A stretch of DNA of 51,478 bases, taken from a virus. Its lineage: Duplodnaviria; Caudoviricetes. Of the stretch, positions 27,099-35,834 are shown in pieces (position 1 is the stretch's first letter; each line of letters opens with the position of its first letter). Below the pieces are notes generated by a model. That model worked only from the letters and a program-made list of their open reading frames with translations, did not search any database and had not been told where the DNA came from. The position numbers were made by a program, and so were the translations under genes. The stretch covers positions 1 to 51,478 of the IMG/VR virus record IMGVR_UViG_3300008255_000167, one strand, 5' to 3'.

Positions 27099-28546
27099 CC
27101 CTCCTCCTCTAGTTGCTTGAGCGTTACGTGCTCGTAGGGTCCCCCCTCATCGGAGGGCCAACGAGTGAGCTGCGCCCGAAGCTTGTTGCACATGCGGTGG
27201 AACTGGTTGATGTAGATGTCGTCGAAGATCACAACCAAGGGGGTCTTCATCCCCTCTCGATACCTGTAGCCCTGGATGCGACCCATCCCTTGTTGCAACG
27301 CGTTCTTCCCGCCGTTCGGGTGTTTGCTGCCAAAAGGAGTGAGCCACATCAGTGTGTCCAGGGAATCTTCGTCGATCGCCTCCAGAACTAACTGGTGGGT
27401 TCCAAATATGAGTTGCTTATCACGAAGTGCGGCCCACCTTTTCACGACCTCCTGTTTCCCCGTGCAGATGCCTACGTCAGCCCCCTCAGCTAGAAAAAGC
27501 TCGTACATGAGCTCGAGCTGCTTGACGCTGTGACTCAGGGCCAAGATCTTTCGACCAGCCTTCAGTCCGTCACGGATGTCCCTTGCGATAGCAGCGTTCC
27601 GGCTTGGCATCTGTCCGGTGAAAGATCTCAGCAGACCGATGTTGGGGTTCCCACTTTTGTCTACGACGTACTCCAGCCAGTCGGGTGCGGAGATCAAAGT
27701 GTCTAGCCTGCGGAACCTGATGGTTGGCTTCACCTCTTGGGAGAGGTCTTTGTAGAAGACTTCACCCACGTGATAGTTGTAGATCACCTCCGTGCCGTCT
27801 TCTCGGTTCACCGTGGCACTGAGACCGTATCGCCTACCCCCGAACATCGTGGAGGTGATGCAGAAATACGGGGCACTGAGGTGGTGAACCTCATCCCAGA
27901 TCACTAGGCCGAACCACTTGCGCATCTCTGGGGTGACGTAGTCGGCGTGCCTGGCTAGAGTCTGGATGGTCGCGACAGTGATGGGGTGCTGCCAGTCCCA
28001 CTTGGATGGGGCTCCCTGAATGTGTCCGACCTTTTCGTCTCCGAGATCGATGAACTTGTCGACGGCCCCTTCCCACTGACTGAAGATGGTCTTTTGATTG
28101 ACGATGATCAGCGTGTTCTTCTTGTAGTGGGCGGCGGCGTGCAGAGCGACACACGTTTTTCCTTTTCCACAGGCCAGGTTCAAGATCCCCCCGTCCACTT
28201 TCATGAAGGCAGCGAACGCCTTCTTCTGCGTGTCGTCTTCGGGGTCCATGTAGTCGAGGATCAAGTTGCTCTTGATGTCAGCATCAGGGAAGTCGGTAGG
28301 TCTGATGTCCACGATGGGGAAGGACAGCTTCTCGTAGTCTTCCTTTGGAATGAACTCTCTAGGGACGGCCAGGTGGTGGGGGGCGTCCTCCCAGAGCTGC
28401 AAGTACTCCAGACCTCCCTCCCCATAGGACTCGAACTCCAAAGCAGCCTTGATCCGAATCACGTTGATCTTCTTCCTCGGCAGCCACATCTGCGTGCCGA
28501 GGTAGGCTTTGTTGGGGTCCTTAATGATGAAGGAGAAATCAGCCAT
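27095..28546 (-). CDS. Superfamily 2 DExH helicase (UvsW/XPB-like)
   Basis: LACGKGKT, WDEVHH, GLSATVNREDG, QGMGRI. Confidence 0.92.
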   Translation of the reverse strand: MADFSFIIKDPNKAYLGTQMWLPRKKINVIRIKAALEFESYGEGGLEYLQLWEDAPHHLAVPREFIPKEDYEKLSFPIVDIRPTDFPDADIKSNLILDYMDPEDDTQKKAFAAFMKVDGGILNLACGKGKTCVALHAAAHYKKNTLIIVNQKTIFSQWEGAVDKFIDLGDEKVGHIQGAPSKWDWQHPITVATIQTLARHADYVTPEMRKWFGLVIWDEVHHLSAPYFCITSTMFGGRRYGLSATVNREDGTEVIYNYHVGEVFYKDLSQEVKPTIRFRRLDTLISAPDWLEYVVDKSGNPNIGLLRSFTGQMPSRNAAIARDIRDGLKAGRKILALSHSVKQLELMYELFLAEGADVGICTGKQEVVKRWAALRDKQLIFGTHQLVLEAIDEDSLDTLMWLTPFGSKHPNGGKNALQQGMGRIQGYRYREGMKTPLVVIFDDIYINQFHRMCNKLRAQLTRWPSDEGGPYEHVTLKQLEEEG

Positions 28547-28561
28547 CTGAGGGGGGCCTCC

Positions 28562-28634
28562 GACCCTCTCCAGCAGCCAGGAGGGTTCTCCTGTGCTGGA
28601 GAGGGTCCATCAGGCGTACAACGTACGCCTTTTG
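28562..28634. other. Tandem intergenic hairpins
   Basis: 14-bp stem GACCCTCTCCAGCA/TGCTGGAGAGGGTC with inner 6-bp stem, then AGGCGTAC-AAC-GTACGCCT followed by T's on the plus strand. Confidence 0.7.
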
Positions 28635-28665
28635 GTGTCAACGAATACTGTACAAGTGTGCAGGA

Positions 28666-29022
28666 CTAGAAGCGGAAGTTGACGAAGAACTGGTACAACT
28701 CCCAAGCTCCGCCTCGGCATGCTCCCGTAGCCACGTCCTTGGCCATCCTGGCTCCCCATGTCTCTCCCTCTTGGATATCTCCGGCGGGTGTCTTGGCGTC
28801 TGTGGCGCCATCCTGCCTGCTCGAGCTTGGGATGGAAGCTGGGGTCCGCGTTACTGGCCTGCTGATACTGAGGCCGCCCATCCTTGGCCTAACTCCACGA
28901 ACGGCTGACTCACAGTCGTTCATGAAATCACATCTCCTACAATCTGCATCCGACGCACTGAAGTAGCTGCTCCTACCGAAACACTCGGGTCTTCTCTGTT
29001 GGCCATACTTCAGTAAGGACAA
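28666..29022 (-). CDS. Cys-rich hypothetical protein, first gene of the leftward operon
   Basis: ECFG...CRRC...C; AGGAGGT RBS before a TTG start. Confidence 0.7.
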   Translation of the reverse strand: MSLLKYGQQRRPECFGRSSYFSASDADCRRCDFMNDCESAVRGVRPRMGGLSISRPVTRTPASIPSSSRQDGATDAKTPAGDIQEGETWGARMAKDVATGACRGGAWELYQFFVNFRF

Positions 29023-29072
29023 TGATCACCTCCTTTTGTGTTGATCTAATTCGGGTACTCAATTACGTAGTG

Positions 29073-29098
29073 CTTATACCGACAAAGGTTCAGGTTTT
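29073..29098 (-). promoter_or_regulatory. Putative phage-RNAP promoter
   Basis: Minus strand AAAAC-N13-GGTATAAG at the head of the replication operon. Confidence 0.7.
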
Positions 29099-29104
29099 GA
29101 TTCC

Positions 29105-29133
29105 TTGACCGGAAAGATCGTGGTCTATAGGAT
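29105..29133 (+). promoter_or_regulatory. Sigma70-type promoter
   Basis: TTGACC-N17-TAGGAT. Confidence 0.7.
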
Positions 29134-29166
29134 TGGCCATAAAGCCACCCATTTAGGAGCTTTCCT

Positions 29167-30411
29167 ATGATCAAAGAAGCCCTCGACTTTTACGACGATC
29201 CGAATGGGGATATCCTTCGGTCTCGTCTTCCTCAACTGGATGTCATCCCCGACTTCATCAAGACGGCGGAACGGCTGACGCCAGAAGAGATCGACAAGCT
29301 CCCAGATGACGTCTTTGCCCTGGTCGCCTTCGACGGCGGACAGAAGATGCGCAAGTTCGCTTGCGTGGACAAAGGCAACGTGGCCCTGTCTGTCCTCTAC
29401 TTCATGGAGAACAAGGACCTGCTGCCGGACGAGGCGCAGAAGGTAGCCGCAGCCAACCTGGTGACGGCTTGTTCTTGGTACAACATCAAGCCCCCCGCAG
29501 ACCTGGAGAAGATAGCCGTGATTGGGACTCTGCTGGGTACTGGTATGGCATTGCACCAGGGCAACACGGACTTCAAGAAGCGCCAGGGCCTGATCAACCA
29601 GGGTGTCCCGGGTGGGCAGGCCATGAGCGGGGGCGTCCCGAAGATGTCGGAGCTCTACGGTTCTCAAGAGATGCCCGTCAGCTCGCAGGCCAAGGAGAAG
29701 AAGGCTTCTCTCAATCCCTATGTCAACATCACGGGCATGTCAGCTCCGGTGAGGACGGTCCACCAGAAGGCGAAGCACTACTGCCTCATCAAAGAGGGGC
29801 AGGCGAAGTACCCAATCGACACCGCTTCCCAAGTGCAGCAAGCGTCCGCGTTCTTCATGGAGAACAAAGATGGCTTCTCTCCGTCCGATCGACATCACTA
29901 CTGTGTCAAGCTCGCCTCTCGAGCCAGCGACCTGGGTCTGTGCGTTCCCGATGTCGTCAAGGACTATGGGTCGAAGGACTACTCCCCTCAGGTCAAGGTC
30001 GCCGTGTTCCGGCGCATGCGTCACTTCCGTGAAGGAACGTCGGAGCACAGCCTGCTCGACGAGATGATGAGCAAGCACGCCTCGATCCGTCCCGAGGTCT
30101 TTGCTGTCGCGCTGGAGAACTTCGATCGGAAGACTGGCATGGACCGACTCTGGGATGATGGCATCCCAGATCCCTACGTTTCTACCTTTGGCTTCACCAA
30201 GGAAGCCGAATGGAGCTTCACTCACGGCAACGAGACGGTGAGCGAAGGACGGCTAAAGGCTTGTGCCACCCAATGCCGGGAAGACATGGAGGAGAAGTTC
30301 GGGGAAGACATGGCGGAAGAGTTCGCCAAGAATCCCATCCAGATCTTCGACTCCATGCCCCTGGATTCCAAGCGCATCATCATGCGGGTGGCTAGCCAAC
30401 TCGAAGAATAG
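29167..30411 (+). CDS. Putative head-associated/scaffold-like protein with repeated K-x-A motifs
   Basis: IKTA, EKIA, KKAS, VKLAS, SKHAS, TKEA; AGGAG RBS; upstream of the portal-like gene. Confidence 0.6.
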   Translation: MIKEALDFYDDPNGDILRSRLPQLDVIPDFIKTAERLTPEEIDKLPDDVFALVAFDGGQKMRKFACVDKGNVALSVLYFMENKDLLPDEAQKVAAANLVTACSWYNIKPPADLEKIAVIGTLLGTGMALHQGNTDFKKRQGLINQGVPGGQAMSGGVPKMSELYGSQEMPVSSQAKEKKASLNPYVNITGMSAPVRTVHQKAKHYCLIKEGQAKYPIDTASQVQQASAFFMENKDGFSPSDRHHYCVKLASRASDLGLCVPDVVKDYGSKDYSPQVKVAVFRRMRHFREGTSEHSLLDEMMSKHASIRPEVFAVALENFDRKTGMDRLWDDGIPDPYVSTFGFTKEAEWSFTHGNETVSEGRLKACATQCREDMEEKFGEDMAEEFAKNPIQIFDSMPLDSKRIIMRVASQLEE

Positions 30412-30447
30412 CCCCGCTCAATAGTCCCTACTCACTGTGGGGATTCA

Positions 30448-30476
30448 TTGATAGCATAGGGCCCGACTCATAAAAT
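30448..30476 (+). promoter_or_regulatory. Sigma70-type promoter
   Basis: TTGATA-N17-TAAAAT. Confidence 0.75.
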
Positions 30477-30503
30477 CTGGGATCATTCCCAAGGAGGCTC
30501 AAG

Positions 30504-31247
30504 ATGGCGAAGGAAAGTAAGGCGTTTGGATCCCAGCGAGCTCGGAAGGCTCATCTCCTGCTGGGTACCGGTGGTCTGTCGGGTGAGATCAGTGATCTGC
30601 GCAACGACGTCGAAGAGGGCATGCAGAACTTCGAGGGGCGCGTCGGCTTCCCGGAGATCGACTATATTGACGGAGCGGGTCCTGCTGCCGCTGGTGGCGA
30701 CATGGTCATTGTCGGGCGTAACCTGCTCCAAGGTCAGACCTGGGACAACTTGACGCTTTGGGCTGGCACCAGTGCGGTGTCGATCACGGCTCTCACTCCC
30801 GGCGACTCCCCCTTCACCATCGAAATCACAGACGGTGCCACGGCGGGTTCCGAGGTCGTGACGAAGACCCTCAACGCTTTCGTGATCCAGATCGAAGTCG
30901 GCGTTTCCACAGCGAACCAGATCGCTACGGCTATCAATGCCAATGGCGCGGACTCCGATGGCTACCTGCGTGCCGCCTCTGGTGGTACCGGGACGACGAA
31001 TGCCGTGGCCGCTGCTGCTCCCATGACTGGCGGCGTTGGCGACTTCGATGGCAACGTGGTTCGCGTCGGTGGGTTCGTGTGTCTCCCGGCCAACACTCCT
31101 GGTACCGCTGGTATCGCCACCTGGATCAACGCTGGTATCACTGTGACTGTTCCGGCACTGTCCCCCATCGTGGCGACGGACAAGGCGCAGATCTCGGTCA
31201 TGTCGGACGGCACCAGTGCCCAGGCGATGACCGTCGCGGTCGAGTAG
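30504..31247 (+). CDS. Gly/Ala/Thr-rich virion structural protein
   Basis: STANQIATAINA...PMTGG segment typical of phage structural proteins; own promoter and AAGGAGG RBS. Confidence 0.65.
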   Translation: MAKESKAFGSQRARKAHLLLGTGGLSGEISDLRNDVEEGMQNFEGRVGFPEIDYIDGAGPAAAGGDMVIVGRNLLQGQTWDNLTLWAGTSAVSITALTPGDSPFTIEITDGATAGSEVVTKTLNAFVIQIEVGVSTANQIATAINANGADSDGYLRAASGGTGTTNAVAAAAPMTGGVGDFDGNVVRVGGFVCLPANTPGTAGIATWINAGITVTVPALSPIVATDKAQISVMSDGTSAQAMTVAVE

Positions 31248-31257
31248 CGGCAGATAC

Positions 31258-32049
31258 GTGGGCCGGGACTATGAGACCGAGCTCTTCGATCTTCTGAAGC
31301 AGGCCGCCCCGGATGACCCCGGGGCGGCCAATGCTCCAGAGGAGACCGTTGCCGGTTACGAGGAGCAAGCATCAGTGGAGAAGGCAACACCCAAGCCGAT
31401 CTCTGTACGGAACCTCTTTGTCCATCACGACACCCATCCATTGGTGCTGGGTGTCAAGTTGTTGGATCAGTACGGAACCGACTGGTACGAGTGGGAGCCT
31501 GAGACAATCTGGCGGGAGATCATGGATGACTTCCGCACTCCGTCCATCAGCGACCACACCAAGAGCAAGATCCAAGCTGTCAAGTCCATCCAGATCTCCG
31601 ACCTGTGCTTCCAGAAGTGGGAGATCTTCTGTGTCATCACGCAGGCCCTGAACAACAACATCCCAGACTTCGAGATCATGCGGAAGCCCACGGTGTCTCA
31701 GCTATTCGTAGCTGTGGACATCATGACCATGATCAGAAATGACGTACCGTTCGGGGACCAGTTGCAGCAGTGGCTAGCTGCGTCACTGCTCACGGACGGG
31801 GTGATCTACGCTCCAGATCCCATTGCCTTCTGCCAAGACGAGATCTTGGACTTCATGAAGGACTCTGGTAGAGAGGTTGACCCCCAGCCCATAAGAGAGA
31901 AGTATAAGACGGTGATGCTCACACCGTCAGATCAAGTCGTACTCGAGGAAAACGCAGTGGACATCCAGGTAGCCAAGCTGCTGGTGGCCAGAGACTACAT
32001 GCAACTCCGAAGAGATCAAATGAAGTCTCAGATGCAGGTGTTGAGATGA
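31258..32049 (+). CDS. Hypothetical protein (LFDLLKQAA leader-like N-terminus)
   Basis: 263-aa ORF in the structural block. Confidence 0.7.
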   Translation: MGRDYETELFDLLKQAAPDDPGAANAPEETVAGYEEQASVEKATPKPISVRNLFVHHDTHPLVLGVKLLDQYGTDWYEWEPETIWREIMDDFRTPSISDHTKSKIQAVKSIQISDLCFQKWEIFCVITQALNNNIPDFEIMRKPTVSQLFVAVDIMTMIRNDVPFGDQLQQWLAASLLTDGVIYAPDPIAFCQDEILDFMKDSGREVDPQPIREKYKTVMLTPSDQVVLEENAVDIQVAKLLVARDYMQLRRDQMKSQMQVLR

Positions 32050-32882
32050 ACATCCGTCAGGCCGTAGCTTTCGTAGATGAGCTCGGGAAGACCGCTGCGG
32101 TGCCAGGTATCCTCAAGAGTTTGTGGGGCAGTGGCATTGGTCGTTCTGCTGCTGGAGCAGCGTTGGGCGCGGGCACAGGAGCTCTAGCTGCTGGTCCTGA
32201 TGATAGGCTTCGAGGAGCATTACTTGGTGGAGCTGCTGGAGGAGCTTTGGGGTTCGCTTCTCCGCTCGTCACGTCTGCTGGTCGTCAGAAAGCCAAGGAC
32301 TGGATCAGTAGAACGGGTAAGAACCAGTGGCACAGCGCCACTGGTAGAGGACGAATGCAGGTCGCCCCCGGTACTAGCGCAGCAGATTTGGCCTCCCTGC
32401 GTAAAGCAGAAGAAGCTGGACTTACCAGTCTCCCGGGCACCGTAAAAGGTTTGTTGGGTAAGAATAGAGGTAAGGTTCTGGGAGAAGCGTGGCGGCAGTC
32501 CGGGAACATGGGCAAGGTCATGGCTGCTGGAGATATAGCCATGTCGGCTCCCCGCATCTTGGACAAGAACACATCAGAGGGAACAGGAGAGAAAGCCTTG
32601 AGCACTCTTGGATCTTCTGGTGCATACTTCCTCGGTGGGAAGATGCCCATGGTAGGCAACATGCTGATGGCCGCAGGCGCCGGAACTGTAGGCAAATACT
32701 TGGGTCGTGGCATCGATAGGATCACAGGACATAAAGCTCCGGATGGATCTGTCGCAGAGGGTCCCGTGGCCGGAGGCAGAGTCAGTAGATTGGCTGAATG
32801 GAAAGAGCCTGTGCGGGGCATTGCCCACAACGTAGCCCCAGCAGTTACCGATGAGATTTCGGGAATTCTGGGGCGAGGGTAG
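32046..32882 (+). CDS. Glycine-zipper protein with FVDELGKTAA leader
   Basis: GAALGAGTGALAA and GALLGGAAGGALG repeats. Confidence 0.7.
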   Translation: MNIRQAVAFVDELGKTAAVPGILKSLWGSGIGRSAAGAALGAGTGALAAGPDDRLRGALLGGAAGGALGFASPLVTSAGRQKAKDWISRTGKNQWHSATGRGRMQVAPGTSAADLASLRKAEEAGLTSLPGTVKGLLGKNRGKVLGEAWRQSGNMGKVMAAGDIAMSAPRILDKNTSEGTGEKALSTLGSSGAYFLGGKMPMVGNMLMAAGAGTVGKYLGRGIDRITGHKAPDGSVAEGPVAGGRVSRLAEWKEPVRGIAHNVAPAVTDEISGILGRG

Positions 32883-32891
32883 TATCGAACC

Positions 32892-34886
32892 ATGGCAGGT
32901 CTTGACTTCGGTGCTTCCTCTGGTGCGGCAAGGTTCTCACGCTCTCGCGGGCGTATTGGAAACCAAGCCAATAGAGGGATCAACTATCCCTCCCCCTTCT
33001 TCGACATCGGTCACACGTATCTGCCGACCACGGTCAAGCAGATGTTCCGTTGGTGTCGGTACTACTTTCTTGTTCACCCGCTGATCAACAGCGTCGTGTT
33101 CAAGATGAGCCAGTACCCGATCACGGACCTGGTGTACCACACGGAGCAAGAAGAACAGAAAGACAAGTGGAGGGACTTCCTCGAGAACGGCCTGAAGTAC
33201 CGGGCGTTCATGGAGGAGATCGGCCTCGACTACCACACCTATGGGAACGGGATGGTGTCCATCTTCTTCCCATTCAAGAAGATCTTGACCTGCCCGGAGT
33301 GCGGGGACTCTCTCAACGCGAGGGACGCCACGTACTACTTTCGGAACTTCCAGTTCTACCGGACGTGCCAGAAGTGTCAGCACCACGGGCCGCAGAAGGT
33401 CAAGGACAGGTACATCAAGTCGTCGAAGGGCATCCGGTTGCTTCGGTGGAACCCGGAAGACATCGACGTCAGGTACAACGATCTCAATGGGGAGTACACC
33501 TACTTCTACGAGATCCCTGTCCAGCTCAAGAACGACATCATCATGGGCAAGCGGCACGTCGTGGAAGAGGTGCCTCAGATCTTCATCGATGCCCTCAAGA
33601 AGCGCCGAGCGATTGTCTTCTCCAAGGACAACATCTTCCACTTCCGCCGCCCCACCATCGCGGGAAAGGACCGTGGCTGGGGCACGCCACTCTTGCTCCC
33701 GGTTCTGAAGGACGCGTTCTACCTTCAGATCCTAAAAAAGAGTCAAGAGGCCATTGCCCTCGAGCACATCGTTCCTCTGCGGATCCTATTCCCGCAAGCT
33801 GGCTCGGCCACGGCAGATCCCTACACCTCGGTGAACCTGGGTGACTGGAAGGACCAGATCCAGGAAGAGATTGCTCGCTGGCGGTTCGACAACAACTACA
33901 TGCCAATCCTCCCCCTCCCTGTGGGGAACCAGACCATTGGTGGAGACGGTCGGTCTCTGCTTGTTGGTCAAGAGATCCGCATGTGGTCGGAGCAGATTGT
34001 CACCGGCATGGGCGTCCCGACAGAGTTGATCTTTGGTGGGCTGTCCTATTCGGGGAGCAACGTGTCGCTCCGCATGCTGGAGAACATCTTCCTGGGTTAC
34101 ATGATCGGTCACCTCGGGATGCTAAGATGGGTGATCAAGAGTATCGCCGCCTACATGGATTGGGACACCATTGACGTCCGGTTCAAGCCGTTCAAGATGG
34201 CAGACGACCTCCAGCGTAAGGCGTACAACTTCCAGCTCAACCAGGCCGGGAAGATCTCCGACCACGCCTTGCTCTCCGACGCAGACTACGATCCGAAGAA
34301 TGAGGAAGAGCAGATAAAGAAAGAGAGGATCAGGGCCTCCGAAGCCATGAAGAAAGACCAGCTCGCCCAAGCAGACATACAGGGTGAGTCCCAGGTAATC
34401 ATGGCCCGCTGGCAGCTCAAGGCCCAGCAGGAGCAGATGAAGGCTCAGCAAGCCATGGGACCGGCCCCAGGTGAGCCAGGGGCGGAGGCAATGGGAGTTC
34501 AGGAAGGTGGAGCACCCCCACAGATGGGAGCTCCTGGAGAGGCTCAGGGGCAGCTTATGGCACCGCCTCCCATGCAGCCCCCACAGCCGATGCCTGAGAT
34601 GCCTCCTATGAACTCTGTCATGTCTGACGTGATGGCCCCTGTGCAGTCTCCGCTCAGTCTGTCCCAGCAAATAGAGGAGGGCCAGATGAACATGGACCTG
34701 CTGGCCACAGCGCAGCAGGTCGCTCAGTACATGCTGAGTCTGGACGAGAACAGCCGCCTCATGGCTCTGATGCAGCTCCGACAGCAGTCCCCAGACTTGT
34801 ACCAGGTCGTACTGGGGCTAATGCAAAGCGGGATGAGTCAAGCCGCACCTGCGGAGCCCCAGTATGAGGCTCCGCAGGCAGCATAG
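32892..34886 (+). CDS. Portal protein (putative) with Zn-ribbon insertion and Gln/Pro/Met-rich tail
   Basis: HPLINSVV, DYHTYGNG, IFHFRRP...GWGTPLL, GMGVPTELIFGG.SYS portal-like pattern; CPEC...CQKC. Confidence 0.7.
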   Translation: MAGLDFGASSGAARFSRSRGRIGNQANRGINYPSPFFDIGHTYLPTTVKQMFRWCRYYFLVHPLINSVVFKMSQYPITDLVYHTEQEEQKDKWRDFLENGLKYRAFMEEIGLDYHTYGNGMVSIFFPFKKILTCPECGDSLNARDATYYFRNFQFYRTCQKCQHHGPQKVKDRYIKSSKGIRLLRWNPEDIDVRYNDLNGEYTYFYEIPVQLKNDIIMGKRHVVEEVPQIFIDALKKRRAIVFSKDNIFHFRRPTIAGKDRGWGTPLLLPVLKDAFYLQILKKSQEAIALEHIVPLRILFPQAGSATADPYTSVNLGDWKDQIQEEIARWRFDNNYMPILPLPVGNQTIGGDGRSLLVGQEIRMWSEQIVTGMGVPTELIFGGLSYSGSNVSLRMLENIFLGYMIGHLGMLRWVIKSIAAYMDWDTIDVRFKPFKMADDLQRKAYNFQLNQAGKISDHALLSDADYDPKNEEEQIKKERIRASEAMKKDQLAQADIQGESQVIMARWQLKAQQEQMKAQQAMGPAPGEPGAEAMGVQEGGAPPQMGAPGEAQGQLMAPPPMQPPQPMPEMPPMNSVMSDVMAPVQSPLSLSQQIEEGQMNMDLLATAQQVAQYMLSLDENSRLMALMQLRQQSPDLYQVVLGLMQSGMSQAAPAEPQYEAPQAA

Positions 34887-34887
34887 T

Positions 34888-35418
34888 CTAGCCAGTCTTC
34901 CTACGAGGCGGCTTCCAGGGCCTCCCCGTTTTCCACAAAATCGCTTCTTTCTCTTCCGGTTCCTCTGACTCGTGTTCGTCGATGGACTCGAGGGCCAGGA
35001 TACGATTGGCCTCGTACTGATCTCCGGGGCTGATGTTGTCATAGATGCAGGACTGGCACGCGTAGACTCTGGTGTCCTTCCCGTCGTTGTCTTTCTTCGG
35101 GATGGGCACCTTCTGTCTACCGTCGATCACCATCTCTGCTAGCTCTAGCTCGTAGAACCAGTCTTCCGCCGCCAAGTCCTCGGGGCAGAAGACACACTCG
35201 CCGATGTTGAGATCTCCCTCAGCTCCCGACATGTCGAAGAGTCCAAGCCAGCAGCCTACGTGGAAGATCTTCTCCTCGTCTCCATCGTTGTAGTCATCCG
35301 GTTGGAAGTACGGGCCCCCGTGCTTGCGGCTGGTCTTGATCTCTCCCTGCCGTAGCACGAGGGCCTCATCTCCTATCTTCACGTCTCGTCCACACAGTTG
35401 GCAGAGTGTCTCGACCAC
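34888..35418 (-). CDS. Zn-binding hypothetical protein
   Basis: CQLC...HVGC and CVFC...CQSC; GGAGGAG RBS. Confidence 0.75.
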   Translation of the reverse strand: MVETLCQLCGRDVKIGDEALVLRQGEIKTSRKHGGPYFQPDDYNDGDEEKIFHVGCWLGLFDMSGAEGDLNIGECVFCPEDLAAEDWFYELELAEMVIDGRQKVPIPKKDNDGKDTRVYACQSCIYDNISPGDQYEANRILALESIDEHESEEPEEKEAILWKTGRPWKPPRRKTG

Positions 35419-35534
35419 TACTCCTCCTTGGGCTTGGCAGCCTCCCTGCGCAGAATCGCTACCACCTCATCTGCGCGTTCCTTGAATGACATCAAGAGCC
35501 CACAAACGAAGAATAGCTTGAAGATGACGAACAC
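35418..35534 (-). CDS. Small protein with hydrophobic N-terminus (38 aa)
   Basis: MFVIFKLFFVCGLLMSFKERADEVV...; TAGTG stop/start overlaps at both ends; not in the ORF track. Confidence 0.5.
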   Translation of the reverse strand: MFVIFKLFFVCGLLMSFKERADEVVAILRREAAKPKEE

Positions 35535-35704
35535 TATCTGGTGCTCGGATCTAGGATGGAGTCCAGGTAGTCGGAAGCTTTGCGGAGCTCATTCGGCCCC
35601 TTCCTGTCTTCGCGCTTGTCCTCGCGCTTGTCCTCGCGCTTGTCCTCGCGCTTGTCCTGTTCGTCTCGCTTGTCGCGTTCGTCTCTCTGGTCTTGGTCAG
35701 CCAT
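35534..35704 (-). CDS. Small highly charged protein (56 aa) with DKRE repeats
   Basis: AGGAGG RBS then MADQDQRDERDKRDEQDKREDKREDKREDKRED...; not in the ORF track. Confidence 0.65.
   Translation of the reverse strand: MADQDQRDERDKRDEQDKREDKREDKREDKREDRKGPNELRKASDYLDSILDPSTR
35610..35657. repeat. 12-bp tandem repeat x4
   Basis: (TCGCGCTTGTCC)4 exact copies, encoding DKRE on the minus strand. Confidence 0.95.
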
Positions 35705-35742
35705 TTCTTCCTCCTAAAAGTAGGCACGGATTGAACAAGGTT

Positions 35743-35768
35743 CTTATATCAAGTAACGATCACTATTT
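35743..35768 (-). promoter_or_regulatory. Putative phage-RNAP promoter
   Basis: Minus strand AAATA-N13-GATATAAG. Confidence 0.6.
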
Positions 35769-35778
35769 GCCCTCGTGA

Positions 35779-35808
35779 TTGACAGTCGATCTAACTCCCT
35801 GATACTCT
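35779..35808 (+). promoter_or_regulatory. Sigma70-type promoter of the RNAP gene
   Basis: TTGACA followed by TG-A-TACTCT (18-nt spacer) or GATACT (16-nt spacer). Confidence 0.6.
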
Positions 35809-35834
35809 TCGCCCAACACATAGGAGTCCCCACC

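Noticed and set aside
35418-35590. Second -1 frameshift joining the 56-aa and 38-aa ORFs
   Set aside because: No X XXY YYZ heptamer; a TAGTG stop/start overlap explains the junction
35610-35657. CRISPR array or iterons
   Set aside because: Contiguous 12-bp units without spacers, lying in frame inside a small ORF with a strong RBS
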